Source: Ruditapes philippinarum (Eukaryota). From it: 64,000 bases of DNA. The translations under genes were made by a program, and so were the position numbers. This document shows, in pieces, positions 1 to 12,738 of this stretch. Where the stretch lies: positions 1 through 64,000 of the forward strand of contig NW_026852337.1 of the NCBI RefSeq assembly GCF_026571515.1, given 5' to 3'. Numbering within the stretch: the stretch's first letter is position 1; the number at the start of each line of letters is the position of its first letter. The notes under the pieces were generated by a model. It was not told the origin of the DNA. It ran no database searches and saw nothing but the letters and a program-made list of their open reading frames with translations.

Positions 1-189
1 AAAAAAACGCAATTTTACTAATTTATGTATATTTGATAAAAAATATTCATCCTGCAATACTTTTGTCTTCCTTTTTAGTCTCTCTAACCCTTCCTTCTTT
101 CTCTCATTCTTTTTTTTCCTACAGAGTTCTACACTTTTAATTAAATAAAAGCACAGTTAGGTTAATAAATAAAGTATGTTATTAACAAA

Positions 190-500
190 ACCTCAGATTC
201 CCTTTCAAAATTCCATTTAATTTAGTTCCGTCAAATGTTTTCTCGTTTAGGATACGCGCAATTTTTTAACGAGGGACCATACGCCGCTATTCATATAATG
301 CCACAATGTGTCACATTGAAGATTCCATTATGACCGCCGTATGAACACATATGTAGATGTTTCTAAATTCAAAATGTTTACCATTTTCGTATTTATATGC
401 GGAATTCTGCTTAAGCCAGTGCTAGGGGACGGGCGTGAACAATAACTTGCACTTTTCAATTCCGTCCATGAACGGGCTTATTAATCAAACCGAGCCTGCA
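190..500 (-). pseudogene. Cys-rich, possibly Sushi/CCP-like coding relic (inverted paralog of 5200-5500)
   Basis: Reverse complement aligns by eye with 5200-5500 and 29225-29525; reads CAYPKRENI*RN*IKWNFERESEV in the conserved frame. Confidence 0.45.
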
Positions 501-599
501 ACATTTAAATTTTGTCGTATTGGGCGTTCTTTAGGGATTCCGTTTTTCTCTATTTTATTTTTCTGTTGGATATTCTAATGGTTACATTTCATGAATGTT

Positions 600-1100
600 T
601 CTTCCCTTGTTGATCTTTTTTTTTCTTTCTCATTTTCACCATAGGACTATTTTACAGCAAGTTACTTTTGGTTAACAAATCGACTGCATTCACTAATATA
701 TGCGTATTGATTAAAGATTTATTCATCCTCCATCATACATTATGATGACAAGCTCATTAGGCAAACTGTTATATAAAGAGTTCAATAATTGCAAACCAAA
801 TTATGTAACCTATTCTAAAAGAATGTAATTAACAAAAACTTATTGGAAGTGGCTGTTTGATTAAGGTTTAAGCGTGTAAGTTTACGCACTTGATAACATT
901 GAAAAAAGGCCGGTAGCTCTTTTCTAATGAGGGTTCTTTGAAGAGAGAAAATTGCTAAATTTTACTTCAGAGAGTTATTTTTATGCTTGTTTGCTGTGCG
1001 TGCAAAGTAAGCTGTTCAGGAAATGTGCGCTATGAATAACATATCGGACAGGTTAAAAAAAGTGCTTCTTTAAAAAGAAAATATTCTTACCTTGATGACA
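600..1100 (-). pseudogene. LRR gene relic
   Basis: Minus frames give SKNPH*KRATGLFSMLSS and RKLTRLNLNQT (about 851-886), matching LxxLxL; stops and frameshifts present; paralog at 14870-15345. Confidence 0.55.
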
Positions 1101-1766
1101 ATCAAATTTGTTTCAACAGATGGATAGTGATGTTATTTCTAACTAATACATGCATATGAAACAATTGTTTGAGATTATTTTTAATAATTATAATAATTAT
1201 TGTATCCGGCAAATGCGTTTGTTTGTTTTAAAGATCGTTTAAATGCCAGTATTTAAAATTTAATTGTTAGTGGATTTTAGTTGTAACCACATATAGGATG
1301 TCATTGATTCGCTTTGCAGGTAAAATGTAAGAATCTATGTATTATATGAAATAATTCTTAGTCATATTCAAGTTACAACGTTTTGATTCACATTCGTACG
1401 CGACTTTCCAGCTTAGTTGCTCGAGTCAGACCGCGGGAATACTCCGTTCAATTGTTCTAGCACGAGCGGGAACCAATTTGAATAGAATCAACAATCGTCC
1501 GTAAGCTAGCTAGATAAGTATATTTCACACAAAAGTCCTAGGCGAAATTCGAACTTGCAAACAAAACAAACACAATTAAACTCAAACAAAGAAAGAACGA
1601 AAAAATATTATTATTCTTTTTTTGTCTTAAAATCTAATTACCTTTTTATTTAATGTATTTTCTTAAGCTTTGTCGTCATAACAACTAAGATGATATCAAT
1701 GTCAGGGGGGAATGTCCAATTTTAAAATGTACTGTCTTTATATGTATGAAATACAATTTACTCGAT

Positions 1767-1918
1767 GGCTCTACTCAGGTGCCCGTTCGTGCCTGAAATA
1801 ATGCACGAAGGGCACTTGAGGTCTTCTTCCACCAGTTAAGCTGGAACGTCACCATATGACCTATATTGTGTCGGTGTGACGTAAAACACAATTAAACAAA
1901 CAAACAAACAAACAACAA
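1767..1918 (+). mobile_element. 5'-truncated tRNA-derived SINE (same family as 52534-52780)
   Basis: Matches the 3' half of the 52.5-kb SINE; (CAAA)n tail; 14-bp TSD acaatttactcgat at 1753-1766 and 1919-1932. Confidence 0.88.
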
Positions 1919-2887
1919 ACAATTTACTCGATTTACATAAAGATGATATTTTCAGTTAACGATGTAATATGTATGCATGTATGCATAACACAGTAAATGA
2001 CATTGATTCTAAGGCTGTAATGATAACATTTAGATGTTGTATATCCATCAACTAGATAAACTTGATAGACTGGTATTAGTTTTAACCTAGACAGAAGATG
2101 AATAGCCTTTTTATTCTCACATGATTTGTTTTCTCCTTAAAGAAACCCATCCAGTTCTTTTGATATGACAAGACTGCAAATATTTTTTAGTTTCATTTTT
2201 TTAATCATTTTATGTAGGTCTATACCTGGTATGAAGTTGTTCAGAGCATTCGTTCACTCCACTTGTTTTACAAATAATCATTTCTATTGCACAAAAGGAC
2301 CTAAATATGAAGAGCTTTTAAACAGTTTTTACTTAAATATTTATCAAAAAAATACACTAGATATCGATTTTTTCAACTTAATTCCGAGTATATATTTTTA
2401 CTTTCCCGTTCATAAGTATCAATGGTAAAGAGCCCAAAGTAATATATCAAAGATTAAGAAGTTTTTATAAGGCCTCGAAATCTTATTGAAGCTATCTTAA
2501 GGGAATAAAATGTATATGAGGGAATAAAATGTATATGAATAAACACCATGTAAATGAGTTCATTCAGCACACACTTGAATCGAATATCGTGTATTTCTTA
2601 TAGAAAAAAAACGAAGTCTTCATTGACAATGCTTTTAAAAAGAGGTATCAAGGATAATAAATGAGTCAATTCCCCAAATTCCACAAGTTGAAATTAACAA
2701 TACTGTTAGAAAGGTAAGAAAAATAGATGCGACATTCGAACAATATCAACATTGTATTACGTTTTTCATACAATAGAAATTAAGTACAATGAAGTTATTT
2801 CTGCAAAGTCTTCAATAAATTAAATGACTTAACTACATTTAACCATATCACACAGCATGATAGCAAAAATGCAATATAAGAAAAAGA

Positions 2888-3860
2888 CACAGGAACTTAA
2901 AAATTCTATCAATATTAAAGATAATATCAAAATTATACCCCCTATACAGTATAAATAAACACAAGGAATGAAACGCCTTTTCCCCACCCCAACATAATAA
3001 TTTACGCCGAACAAATATCAAAATAAACTATCGGGCCATTTCGATAAACAATACATAAATGCATCAAATACCACCGATAACTTTTTTAATCGCGTAGCTA
3101 CGTATGTAGGAATAATTTAAAATTTTCTGATTATTTCCCACGACCTGAGGTTGTCGCCGACTCCATTTCGTGACGTCACTGGATGTTGATTCAAGGAGAA
3201 TAATATTTATTAAAATTATTTTTAACAAGTTCCAAAAATAACAAGTTTGCAAGTAAAATACTGTCTAACTTAAAACAAATGACAAATTTCTTTCTTACGA
3301 CATGGCTAAATTTATTTCAATTTTAATTTATATCAAATAGAGTACTCAAATATTTTTTAAAACGAAAGTACTATTTCAAAGATTTACCGTTCTTGTTTGG
3401 GGTTTCCCTTTCAAATGTATTTAAAAAAGTAATTTGTTAAAAAGGTTTTACATAAAGATGTTTAAATCTATTTACATAGAATAATTTGTATAAAAGTTTA
3501 ATACATACCTGTTATATTTTGGAACTTATTAAAAATAATTTCAATAAATATTATTCTCCTCGAATCCAAATCCAGTGACTTCACGGAATGGAGTCAGCGA
3601 CAAACTCAGATCGCAAATGTTGAATTATTCCTACATAGCTACGCGATTAAAAAAAGGTTATCGGTGGTATTTGATGCATTTATGTATTGTTTATCGAAAT
3701 GGCCCGATATATTATTTTGATCCGTTGTTTTGTTGATTTGTTCGGCGTAAATAATGATGGGGTGGGGAAAAGGCGTTTCATTCCTTGTGTTTATTTATAC
3801 TGTATAGGAGGTATATTTTGGATATTATCATTAATATTGATAAAATTTCAAGTTCCTGTG
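2888..3860. mobile_element. Foldback MITE with ~360-bp inverted arms, P-element-like termini
   Basis: 2888-~3250 is the reverse complement of ~3507-3860; termini CACAGGAACTT...AAGTTCCTGTG; 8-bp flanks gaaaaaga / aaaaaaga (7/8 TSD match). Confidence 0.8.
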
Positions 3861-4269
3861 AAAAAAGATAACTTATTCATATTATGTAACATAACGACTG
3901 CTTGAAATAAAGTTATTTCTTATTTCATTTGAAAAGACAATATTAGGTAATCTGCCATGTGTAAAAGATCCCCCTTAAAAAGTACAATACTATATAAATT
4001 CTATATATTAGACAATTGTGAGATATAATGATTATGCTGAATTAATTTGTTCGTACAAACATATCTTTTATTCGTGAAGCAAATATCCCTAGGTATACAA
4101 AAAAAACACCAACAACAACCAAGCAATAGTTTATTCATTGAAAATTTACCACAAAAAATCCTAGTTATATCTCAGTCACACCACCCTCCTATTTCTTACA
4201 CATAATAGTTATACTTCACCTGAATTTCGATTTGTCTTAGAAATATAGAGCAGATGGGAAAAGGATTAT

Positions 4270-5150
4270 AATAAAGATGTGCTTAAAATGTAAACTGTCT
4301 GCGTAGATGAAAGAAGAATAATAAATAGACCTAAAGGTATGTGCATGTTATCATTTATCATCATTCATTGTGTAAATCACAACCGATGCACGGATTAAAG
4401 AATACAGTTTTTCTTTAAGCCAAATCAAGCTTTGTATGAATATATATTGTTTCTCCAAAATTATTTTCATTATTGCATATTTATGAAATATAACGTTTCT
4501 TTTATCATTTCTGGATGTGCTATGTTCCAGTAACTCAAAAGTGTTTTCTGCCTCTTTATCTGCTAATAAATGAGTGAATAAAATCAGTATTTATTATGTA
4601 CCTTAAATTTGAAATGCACCTTTTCAAATACCAGGTAAAAATTTGGTCCATAACTACACCATTTGTTATTGAAACTATTGTTCGTCACTTTAACCTAACC
4701 AACACTCTGATAGAATAATATATCTACATAATTCATTTAAAGCCAAAATCACGTTACGTTAATGCTTTATATTATAATATGTTGAAACAAAATTAGAATC
4801 TTTAATTATTTAGATGAAGGCTTCATTATCAGCTGCACAATGTACCACCTTAACGTTATAGAGATAAATGAGATTTATATTGCTTTTATCACTTCACTTG
4901 AATTACTAGAAACTCTTTAAGTGATTTAAGTGCTTTTATCTAGTTATATGTACATAAAAGATGTTTTATAAGCTATAAAACAAAATACGTTCCTCAACAC
5001 TGAATGTCAAAATTACTTTTTAAATACTCGTAAGCTTTGAAATTGCTCTGTTGCAAAAACGGTAAGAATGCTCCTCCCATGATCATGGGAATAATTGTAA
5101 AATCATGCTCAAAGTTCGATATTGTATCGTATGAGACTTAAATAGTAAAA
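4270..5150 (+). pseudogene. LRR gene relic (LRR-NT-like cap plus LRR units)
   Basis: VNCLRR*...RPKGM at about 4290-4340; TKLESLII and MYHLNVIEINEIYIAFITSLELLETL at about 4790-4920; paralog at 16285-17150. Confidence 0.55.
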
Positions 5151-5199
5151 CAGAATCCCTAAAGAAAGCCCAACACGGCAAAATTGTAAATTGTTGTAG

Positions 5200-5625
5200 G
5201 CTCGGTTTGACTGAGCCTGTTCATGGGCGGTAATGGAAAGTGCAAGTTACCATCAACGCCCCCTAGCACCGGCTTAAGCAGAATTCAACATTTAAACACT
5301 AAAATGGTGAAAATTTGAATTTAGAAACATCCGCAGATGTGTCCATACGGCGGTTATTATGGAACCTTCAATGTGACACAGTAGTGTCATTCCATGAAAA
5401 GCGGCGTATGGTCCCCAAGTAAAAGAATGCGTGTGCCCTAAACGAGAAAACAATGGGCGGAACTAAATCAAACGGAATTATGAAAGGGGATCTGAGGTTA
5501 TGAAGCCTGCATATCACAGATAAGACGTCAAAAGACAAATTTAAAAAGCAGGCAACATATCCTAAGGGTGATTATACAGTATTCAAGTAGGAATAGTGGA
5601 ACCACCCAAATTGAAAAAGGCCAAA
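5200..5625 (+). pseudogene. Cys-rich, possibly Sushi/CCP-like coding relic downstream of LRR relic
   Basis: Stitched frames: CKLPSTPPSTG...MCPYGGYYGTFNVTQ*CHSMKSGVWSPSK/ECVCP...TYPKGDYTVFK; several differences from the 29.2-kb paralog are synonymous in these frames. Confidence 0.45.
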
Positions 5626-5809
5626 TACTAGAAACTGAAAATACCAAAACTGACTTGTTTGTGATGATTAAAATTGCAATTGTTTATATACTTTATCTAT
5701 TTTGGTTGACTCTTTACCGCCCATCACTTACAAATGTTTCATCCTTACTAACAAAAAACAACAACACACTTTCGGGCATATAATGCTCCGCCTAGCGGTG
5801 CTCTTGTTT

Positions 5810-6690
5810 TAGTTATGAAACTTGACCTGTATATCTTACTTGCGACACTTCGTATATATTTGAAGTTTCAAAGGAGTATCTGTTCTAGTTTTAGAAAAAT
5901 TCAAGTACATGTTAAAATTTCAGAACATTTTCTAAGTCAATTTTTGACCATCAAGTGTGGCCTTGACCTTAAGCTTGCACAAGGGTAAGATGGGTTCTGC
6001 ACATTGCCCAGTTGGGGTGAATATTTGAGTCAAGTTTGGAGAAAATCCTTCCATAAATATAGAATTTATAGAGCGGACACGACATATTGTCTAGTATTGA
6101 TTGTATGTAAATTTAAAGACTTAAAAGGGGCATAACTTTGTCAAAATACAATACATAGTTATGAAACTTGACCTGAATATCTTACTTGTGACACCTCATA
6201 AATCTTTTAAGTTTCAAGCAAATACCTGTGCTAGTTTCAGTAATATTCAAGTACATGTTAAAATTTAAGAATATTTTCTTAGTCAATTTTTGACCTTTAC
6301 GTGTGACCTTGACCTTAAGCCGGCAAATAGGCAACATGGGTTCTGCACATTACCTTGTTGAGGTGAACATTTAAGCCAAGTTTGAAGAAAATCTTTCAAT
6401 TAGTGTAGGACTTACAGAGCGGACACGACATATTGTCTAATATTTGATTGTTTGATATCTGACCTTCAATTGTGACCTTGACCTTGAGCTGACATAAGGG
6501 CAACATGGATTCTGCACATTGCCTTGTTAAGGTGAATATTTGAGCTAAGTTTGAAAATCTTTCAATTGGTATAGGATTTATAGAGCGGACACGAAAATGG
6601 AGACGGACGGACAGACCGACGGACGGACGCGACAAAGCGAATCCATAATAGCCCCCCATACTCACATTTTATGGTGGGGGTATAATAAAT
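5810..6690 (+). mobile_element. Pearl-like non-autonomous Helentron (HINE) with tandem core repeats
   Basis: Tandem cores containing GTGACCTTGACCTT and GAGCGGACACGA; (GACG/GACA)n at about 6602-6628; 3' hairpin cccccatac...tatggtggggg followed by tataataaat. May begin near 5627, where host paralogy breaks. Confidence 0.8.
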
Positions 6691-7144
6691 AAATAAATAA
6701 GCACGATATTTCATTTTTTTGTAAGCGAATAAACTAGTATTATAGCTCTTTAAATAATGTGTGATGGTGAAAATCATAAGACTTTGTCACATAAGTAATA
6801 TCTATTTAATGTTTTCAAATTGCATGATTGTGTGTTATTTATCTAATTATTATCTAAAAGTTGTTAGTACTGATATCCTTGATCTCCCAATTGTTATTGA
6901 GACTGTCAGATAGTTAAATGTATCGTCATGCTTTTATATGCTGATATTACACTTTTTTCTTTCATTAAGGTTTTCTTTGTTTAAACAGAATTCATGTCAG
7001 AAATATAATTGAATGTGTAATATAATTTTCCTCATTTCCACATCCGATATTTTTTTTTGTAATATGAAGACGTGTTTGTCTTCTTTATTGTAAAAACAAT
7101 TATCTTGTTCTGTCAATTTTTGTCTATTTGATTCCCAAATGAAA

Positions 7145-7285
7145 ATTGGCAGCACATCCAGGACAAAATGTTCCTTGACTTTTTATTTCCTATGGAAGCG
7201 AGCTTTTATCTAAACAATAAGCAACAATTACAGGAAAGCACGTAGGATGTCACGAATTATGACAGTTTATTTGGCGCCTTGTGTT
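7145..7285 (-). pseudogene. LRR-CT-like Cys cluster relic
   Basis: Minus frame VLSCNCCLLFR*KLASIGNKKSRNILSWMCC; same frame conserved at 10215-10345. Confidence 0.45.
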
Positions 7286-9054
7286 ATCGAGAGAATTGCA
7301 AGTGTTCTTTAGGCTAAAATAAATATAACAGACCGTTTGCATTTTAATGCTTTCCTCCGTAAACAGACTCAATCAATCCAAAAATCTGGAAACAAAGTGA
7401 TCCCTCCAACATTTTCAATTTTCTCATTTTGGGCTTTCTTTAGGGATTCTGTTTTTCTTTAATTTTTGTTCATGTGTTAGAAAAATATCTGAAATTTTAA
7501 TAAAAGTAATAAACATTTACTCAATCTTGATCTTGTAACTTATTTACTATTTCTTTGTGATTTTTATTTAATCTTGTAAATATTTAGGTTAGTAAATTTG
7601 ATGGATTGACTGCAGTTACGTTTTTATTGCAGATAATTAGAATGTTAGAAACATATATTAGAAATATATTAACTATAGCCGATTTTTGTAGTGAGGCCGT
7701 CGTGTAAACAAGTAAATACGATATCTTTTTAATCATAGGCTTCTTATTTCATGCTCACAAACGTGTTGTTTGTGCCGTGTTGCGGCCGTAAATAGTATTT
7801 CCGCTTATGCAATGCAATCAATGTCGATATTTTTTAATCCTCAAGGGATTGTTTGGCGTTCAGTATTTGTGTCTCCTACCGTGTCCTGTCTGTCCTGCTG
7901 GACTCCTTGCTCGTAGTCATGTGTTAGGGCATGCATACATTAAATGCCACCCTTCCTGGATGATTTTGTTTTTCATTTTTTACATTACTACATTACTTGA
8001 TTCCCAGTTTCATAAATATCAGACAGTCTTCCGATACGTACTGAACGTAGCGTTCTTACGATTTAAATTAGCTTTCCAGAATTTAATACTTGTTTTTCGT
8101 TAATAGGACATGTTTTCCAGGCTTTATCAAAGATGGCACGGGATATAGTTTTTATAAGCTGCTCTTCATTGCCTTAGTTTATATATCATATTTTTGCTTT
8201 GTTTTTAAACCTCAAGTTCTGCGGTGCTAGGAGGCGTTGACAATAGTTTGGACCACTTCAGTCCATGAACAGGCTCTCCTGCAACTTTTACAAGAGTGCA
8301 AGGTATACAAAAATTATTTGTACATCCGCTGATTAAAAAGTATTACATGTCCCATCGATATCAACAACTTAAATGAAATAAGCACTATGTAGTCGTCAAT
8401 CAACTTATCTTGCAAGAAATACGACACATGGAACACAGCAATAATTTAGGTGTCTGTTTTATTCCGATAACATCTGTTTACTATTAATTGTCTTGTGTTA
8501 CGTCTGCAAGTATGCAGAAGCAATGAACTAGGTGTCTAGCAGAACTTGTGAATTGGCTGATAAAGTAAACCCTCGGTTCTTTCCAGATTCACCATAAATG
8601 TCTAATACAACGCTGTTTTGCACATATAATCTGAGGAAACACATCAATCATTCTTTTTACGGCCCGGTTAGGTATACAAGGAAGAAGTAAAGTAGCGATA
8701 TTCTACACACAAAATTATATTTTAAATTACCTACCGTAATTTACATTTAATTGAAAACCAATTGGATTTAGAAATATCATTCTGGTAGCGACAAATATCA
8801 TTATTCTATAGAAAAATTCAAAATAATTATGCAGCCTTAAGTTTAAAATTACATGAATACCGGCCTCTATTAATATATCCAGGTCAAGACATTTTGTACG
8901 AAAATGGCGCTTTAAAATTTGATATTACTTTACATATATATTTTGTATTAAGCATTACACATTCATCAAAATCACGTGCATTCTTGTATCTTTTTTAGAA
9001 AAATATTTCAATTTAATGCATACTTTTGAAAAGAAAAAGAAGCATCTAACTTCT

Positions 9055-9187
9055 AACATTTTCACTCAACATGATAAAATGCCACATATTTTCATCCGTC
9101 CCGGCTCGTGAAAATCTATGGCATTTTATCATGTTTCGTGAAAATATATTCCATATTTCACACAAACGAATAAATATCCTCTTAATA
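9055..9187. mobile_element. Long-hairpin end of a non-autonomous (Crypton-like) element
   Basis: Imperfect palindrome ttttcactcaacatgataaaatgcca...tggcattttatcatgtttcgtgaaaa, ending aaatatcctct like the 10.1-kb element. Confidence 0.5.
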
Positions 9188-9744
9188 TTACACAGTTATC
9201 TTAATCTTACTGTGGAGAATCAGTTGTCCGCTAAAAGGAACTGTGTTTTATCAGTGATTTTTTTAACAACTATAAACATAAAATGATGCGTATCAACATT
9301 TGATGTTTACTTTGTCACAGACAAAACGCAAATAGAGCATCTGTCATAAAATAAAAAACAACAGTATTATATGTTTTTTTCCTATTCTTTTAAATGGGCA
9401 ATGGTCGGTACATACAATATGTTTTTTCTCCAAATATTCGGCCTTCACCAGATAAAATGTCGTTTGGACAGGCAGTGTCGAAAAGTCGGACTGAATTTGT
9501 AATAATAAAATAAGGATATTTGCTTAAATGTTCGCACATAAACTTATACATGTAATACCTCTTCTAACAAAATTAACCGACAAGTTCAAGGAAATCCCGT
9601 GCGCATGTTAGATTTATTCAATAGATGTTTAAGCAGAATCCATGTCATAAACTATTGAGTCCGTGTCAAATTCAATTCAGTCTTAATTTCCAAATTCCCA
9701 TATCCGATAGTTGCTTAAGATTGGTAAAACCTATTTTCATGTTC

Positions 9745-10185
9745 AGAATCTATTTTATTACATGCTTTTCGGTGGTTTATAGAAATATATCAGTGATATA
9801 AAACTGGTAATTTCACTGTTTGAAACTTTGATAATTTCACTGTTTTGAATTTAAGCCCCTTACGTTGTTTCAGTGAAATACCAGCGTGCACAGAACTTGG
9901 TACAAACTTAATGACGTGACGTCGTAAATGACGTCACGCTGTATTATTATTTGGCGCGCTTTTAATTCAGTATTAGGTTTAATGTCTTTTTAAAACGTTT
10001 CTTTGCATACAATAAAAAGAAAATTTGTTTAGTTTAGTGTAAGATCGAAATATATTTCACCTTGTGAACACCAAAAGTTCATATTTCACTCGTGGCTGCG
10101 CCACTCGTGAAATATACCTTTTGGTGCTCACTCGGTGAAATATATTCCGATCTTACACTGAACTAAACAAATATCCTCTATATAT
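9745..10185. mobile_element. Non-autonomous long-hairpin element (Crypton-like)
   Basis: About 150-bp palindrome at 10023-10172 centred on gtggc-tgc-gccac; internal TGACGTCA-type motifs; ends aaatatcctctatata. Confidence 0.6.
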
Positions 10186-10214
10186 CTTGCCTCTATGATT
10201 CCTTGTTGTAAAAT

Positions 10215-10345
10215 CAGCAGCACATCCGTGACAAAATGTTTCTTGTTTGATCTCCACCGGAGACGAAGTTTTTTCTGAACAATAAGCAACAATTACAGGA
10301 AAGCGTGTGGGAAAGAACGCATAATGACGGTTTATTCGGCGTCTA
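10215..10345 (-). pseudogene. LRR-CT-like Cys cluster relic
   Basis: Minus frame HTLSCNCCLLFRKNFVSGGDQTRNILSRMCC; paralog of 7145-7285. Confidence 0.45.
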
Positions 10346-11585
10346 GTGATTTAGATTATATAGGGAATGTTGTTTCGTATATAAGAATATTTCTTTTAAA
10401 GGATACCAAGAACGGGTTTTTAATTTATTTTTATCTTGTAATATTTTTGAATATATATTAGTACCTGAAATAAAGAACCAATAAAAATATTCACATAGTC
10501 AAACATGTACGTATGCGTCAAACTGTTTATTAATACATGTAATAGAAAAATTTGCAGAGTCTTAAAAATCATAAGGTTAAATTCAGCCATAATTCTAGTA
10601 AGGATTTTACAATTGAGAGATATAAAAGTAAAACATGGTGGCGAATGTGTATATGAGGCTTAATTTACTAATTTATGTATATTGATAAAAATATATTCGC
10701 CCTGCAACTTGTTACGTGTATCGAGCGAATATATAATTAATATCTTTTTTTTCTTTTGGCTACCTGCCGTTTGATAAGATACAAATGATTATGAAATTAT
10801 CGTATAATTAATCACAAAACATTTAACTTGAACTATAACTAAAGGATTTCTTAAACACGCTCTTAAATACTTAAAATATAGACTCTATCTGCAGTTTGAG
10901 TTTTCTATTTTATGTACATGTACATGTATATCAATAAAAAAATTATAACCTTCAATATACTTTCTCCTTTCTTTATGGTTCCTGTTCCTCTTCCTAATCC
11001 CCACTCTATTTCCTCTACAACTCCGTACACTTTAAATTAGATTAAAGCCCTTCCCTTTCCCATTTGCAATTGGGATGAGTTGCCTTTTTGTATTTTCTGA
11101 TCGCAGATCAGAAAATTCAATGCTGACATTCAATCTCTGAAACAGAATTTTCACGACAAACCTAACAACAAGTAGTTCTCAAAACAGCTCAAAACTAGCG
11201 ATGTTAAAGAAAGAAATATTTTTATTTTGTTACAAGTATCAAACAAATTACAACGCATTCAAAGTTTAAAAGAAGCGTTGGCTTGTCAATTCACCAATTA
11301 CGCGGATGAATATGAAAATGCTATTTTTAGCGATGTCGATTATCGAATACCTCAGAGCGTATTACACTGTCGAGTAGTGGAATATATACATGTAAGACTG
11401 TTTTAGGGAGAAGATTTTCGCTAAATTATTTACATCAATTTTAGACAACAGGTATATCGTGAAGAAAATACCTCCAAATTAATAAGGATTACCATGGAGC
11501 TAAATATAAGATTTATATCTCTGTGGGAATAGATATTCTAAAATTAGAATTATTTTATTTTATTCAGGCTGTTTCCGTTAAACAT

Positions 11586-11950
11586 TTCCGTGGTGCAAGC
11601 AAGGGTAACGCGCTCGTTTAGGGTGTGAGAGGTCTGGGGTTCAAATCCCAGTCGAGGCAACTTTTTTATTAAGGAAGTGGCCACGATATGCAAGGATAAA
11701 AGGATAAAGTGCGGCTGTCAAAAACAATGAACATAAATGAATTTTGATGAAACTCTAGTCATGCATAATTCCGTATGTATCAAACTCAAACTGTTAAAGT
11801 AAAAAATCCAAACGCAGTCGCTGCATCTAGGTGCCATGCAAGGTGAATTATAGTATATAAAAATAAACTTATACAGGAAAATACATACAGATATACAGTA
11901 CGATTTAGATTGCAAAGATCAGAAAATACCACAGAGCTTGCAGCCCTTTC
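11586..11950 (+). repeat. ~350-bp direct repeat, copy 1, with tRNA-like (Pol III) head
   Basis: A-box-like gtggtgcaagcaagg, B box GGTTCAAATCC, then a T-run; homologous to 14500-14832. Confidence 0.8.
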
Positions 11951-12019
11951 ATTTAAAAATGTAACAAATCAAAAAGTATTTGCATCATTTACAATCTGTA
12001 ATTTCCATCTCTTTTAAAA

Positions 12020-12460
12020 AGCAGCTTGACAGTTCATACAATGATTGATTGTATGTATAAACAAACATTGATAATCATTTAAACAGCTACTCGATAGGTC
12101 ACACAATGATTATATGTATCTTTTAACACCGATGGTCTTTTAAAAGCTACTCGATATGTGACACAATGATTATATGTATAAACAACACCGATGGTTTTTT
12201 AAAAGCTACTCGATAGGTGACACAATGATTTAATGTACATGTATAAACAACATCGGTGGTCGTTTAAAAGCTACTAGACAAGTGACACAATTATAATATG
12301 TCTAAACAACATACAATTTGATTGTCAAAGATACTCGAAATGTGACAAAAAAGTATTGATGAGTAGCTTCCACCAAATGACAATTTACTCGACAGGTGAA
12401 AAAGATAGTATGTATAAACAAAAGTGACAGGTTTTTAAAAAGCTACTTGACAGATGTCAA
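12020..12460. repeat. ~59-60-bp minisatellite, about 7 degenerate copies
   Basis: agctactcgata-gtgacacaatgattatatgtataaacaacaccgatgg recurs at 12085, 12145, 12204 and onward. Confidence 0.85.
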
Positions 12461-12738
12461 AAAGGAAAGAAAAGAAAGAAAGAAATAAAAACAATATTAA
12501 CAATATCAAGTTATCATCAGCGTCGGTAGCGACGGCTGAAATAAGATAATATTCTACACCATAGGACGATAACCAGTCCTGTATTTACAGAAAAAAAGAG
12601 AACTTTAGTGTATTTTATACGTTATAAGAAACAAGATCTTCGTCGTTGTCATCATTTTAGTTTATTGTTTATATAGCACATTCTGCATACAGGATGAAGA
12701 AATCGGTCAAAGGGAATTAACTTTAATCACGTAACGAT

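Noticed and set aside
374-445. Short plus-strand ORF resembling a signal peptide (MFTIFVFICGILLKPVLG)
   Set aside because: Antisense to the Cys-rich relic; ATG and open frame are not kept in the 5.3-kb paralog.
2829-3905. Paralogous small proteins (GVGKRRFIPCVYLYCIGG)
   Set aside because: Chance ORFs in the two arms of the foldback MITE.
6396-6777. ORFs 6396-6665 and 6562-6777
   Set aside because: Antisense readings of HINE core repeats and microsatellite.
11586-11665. Functional tRNA gene
   Set aside because: No convincing acceptor or anticodon stems, and the two copies differ in the anticodon region.
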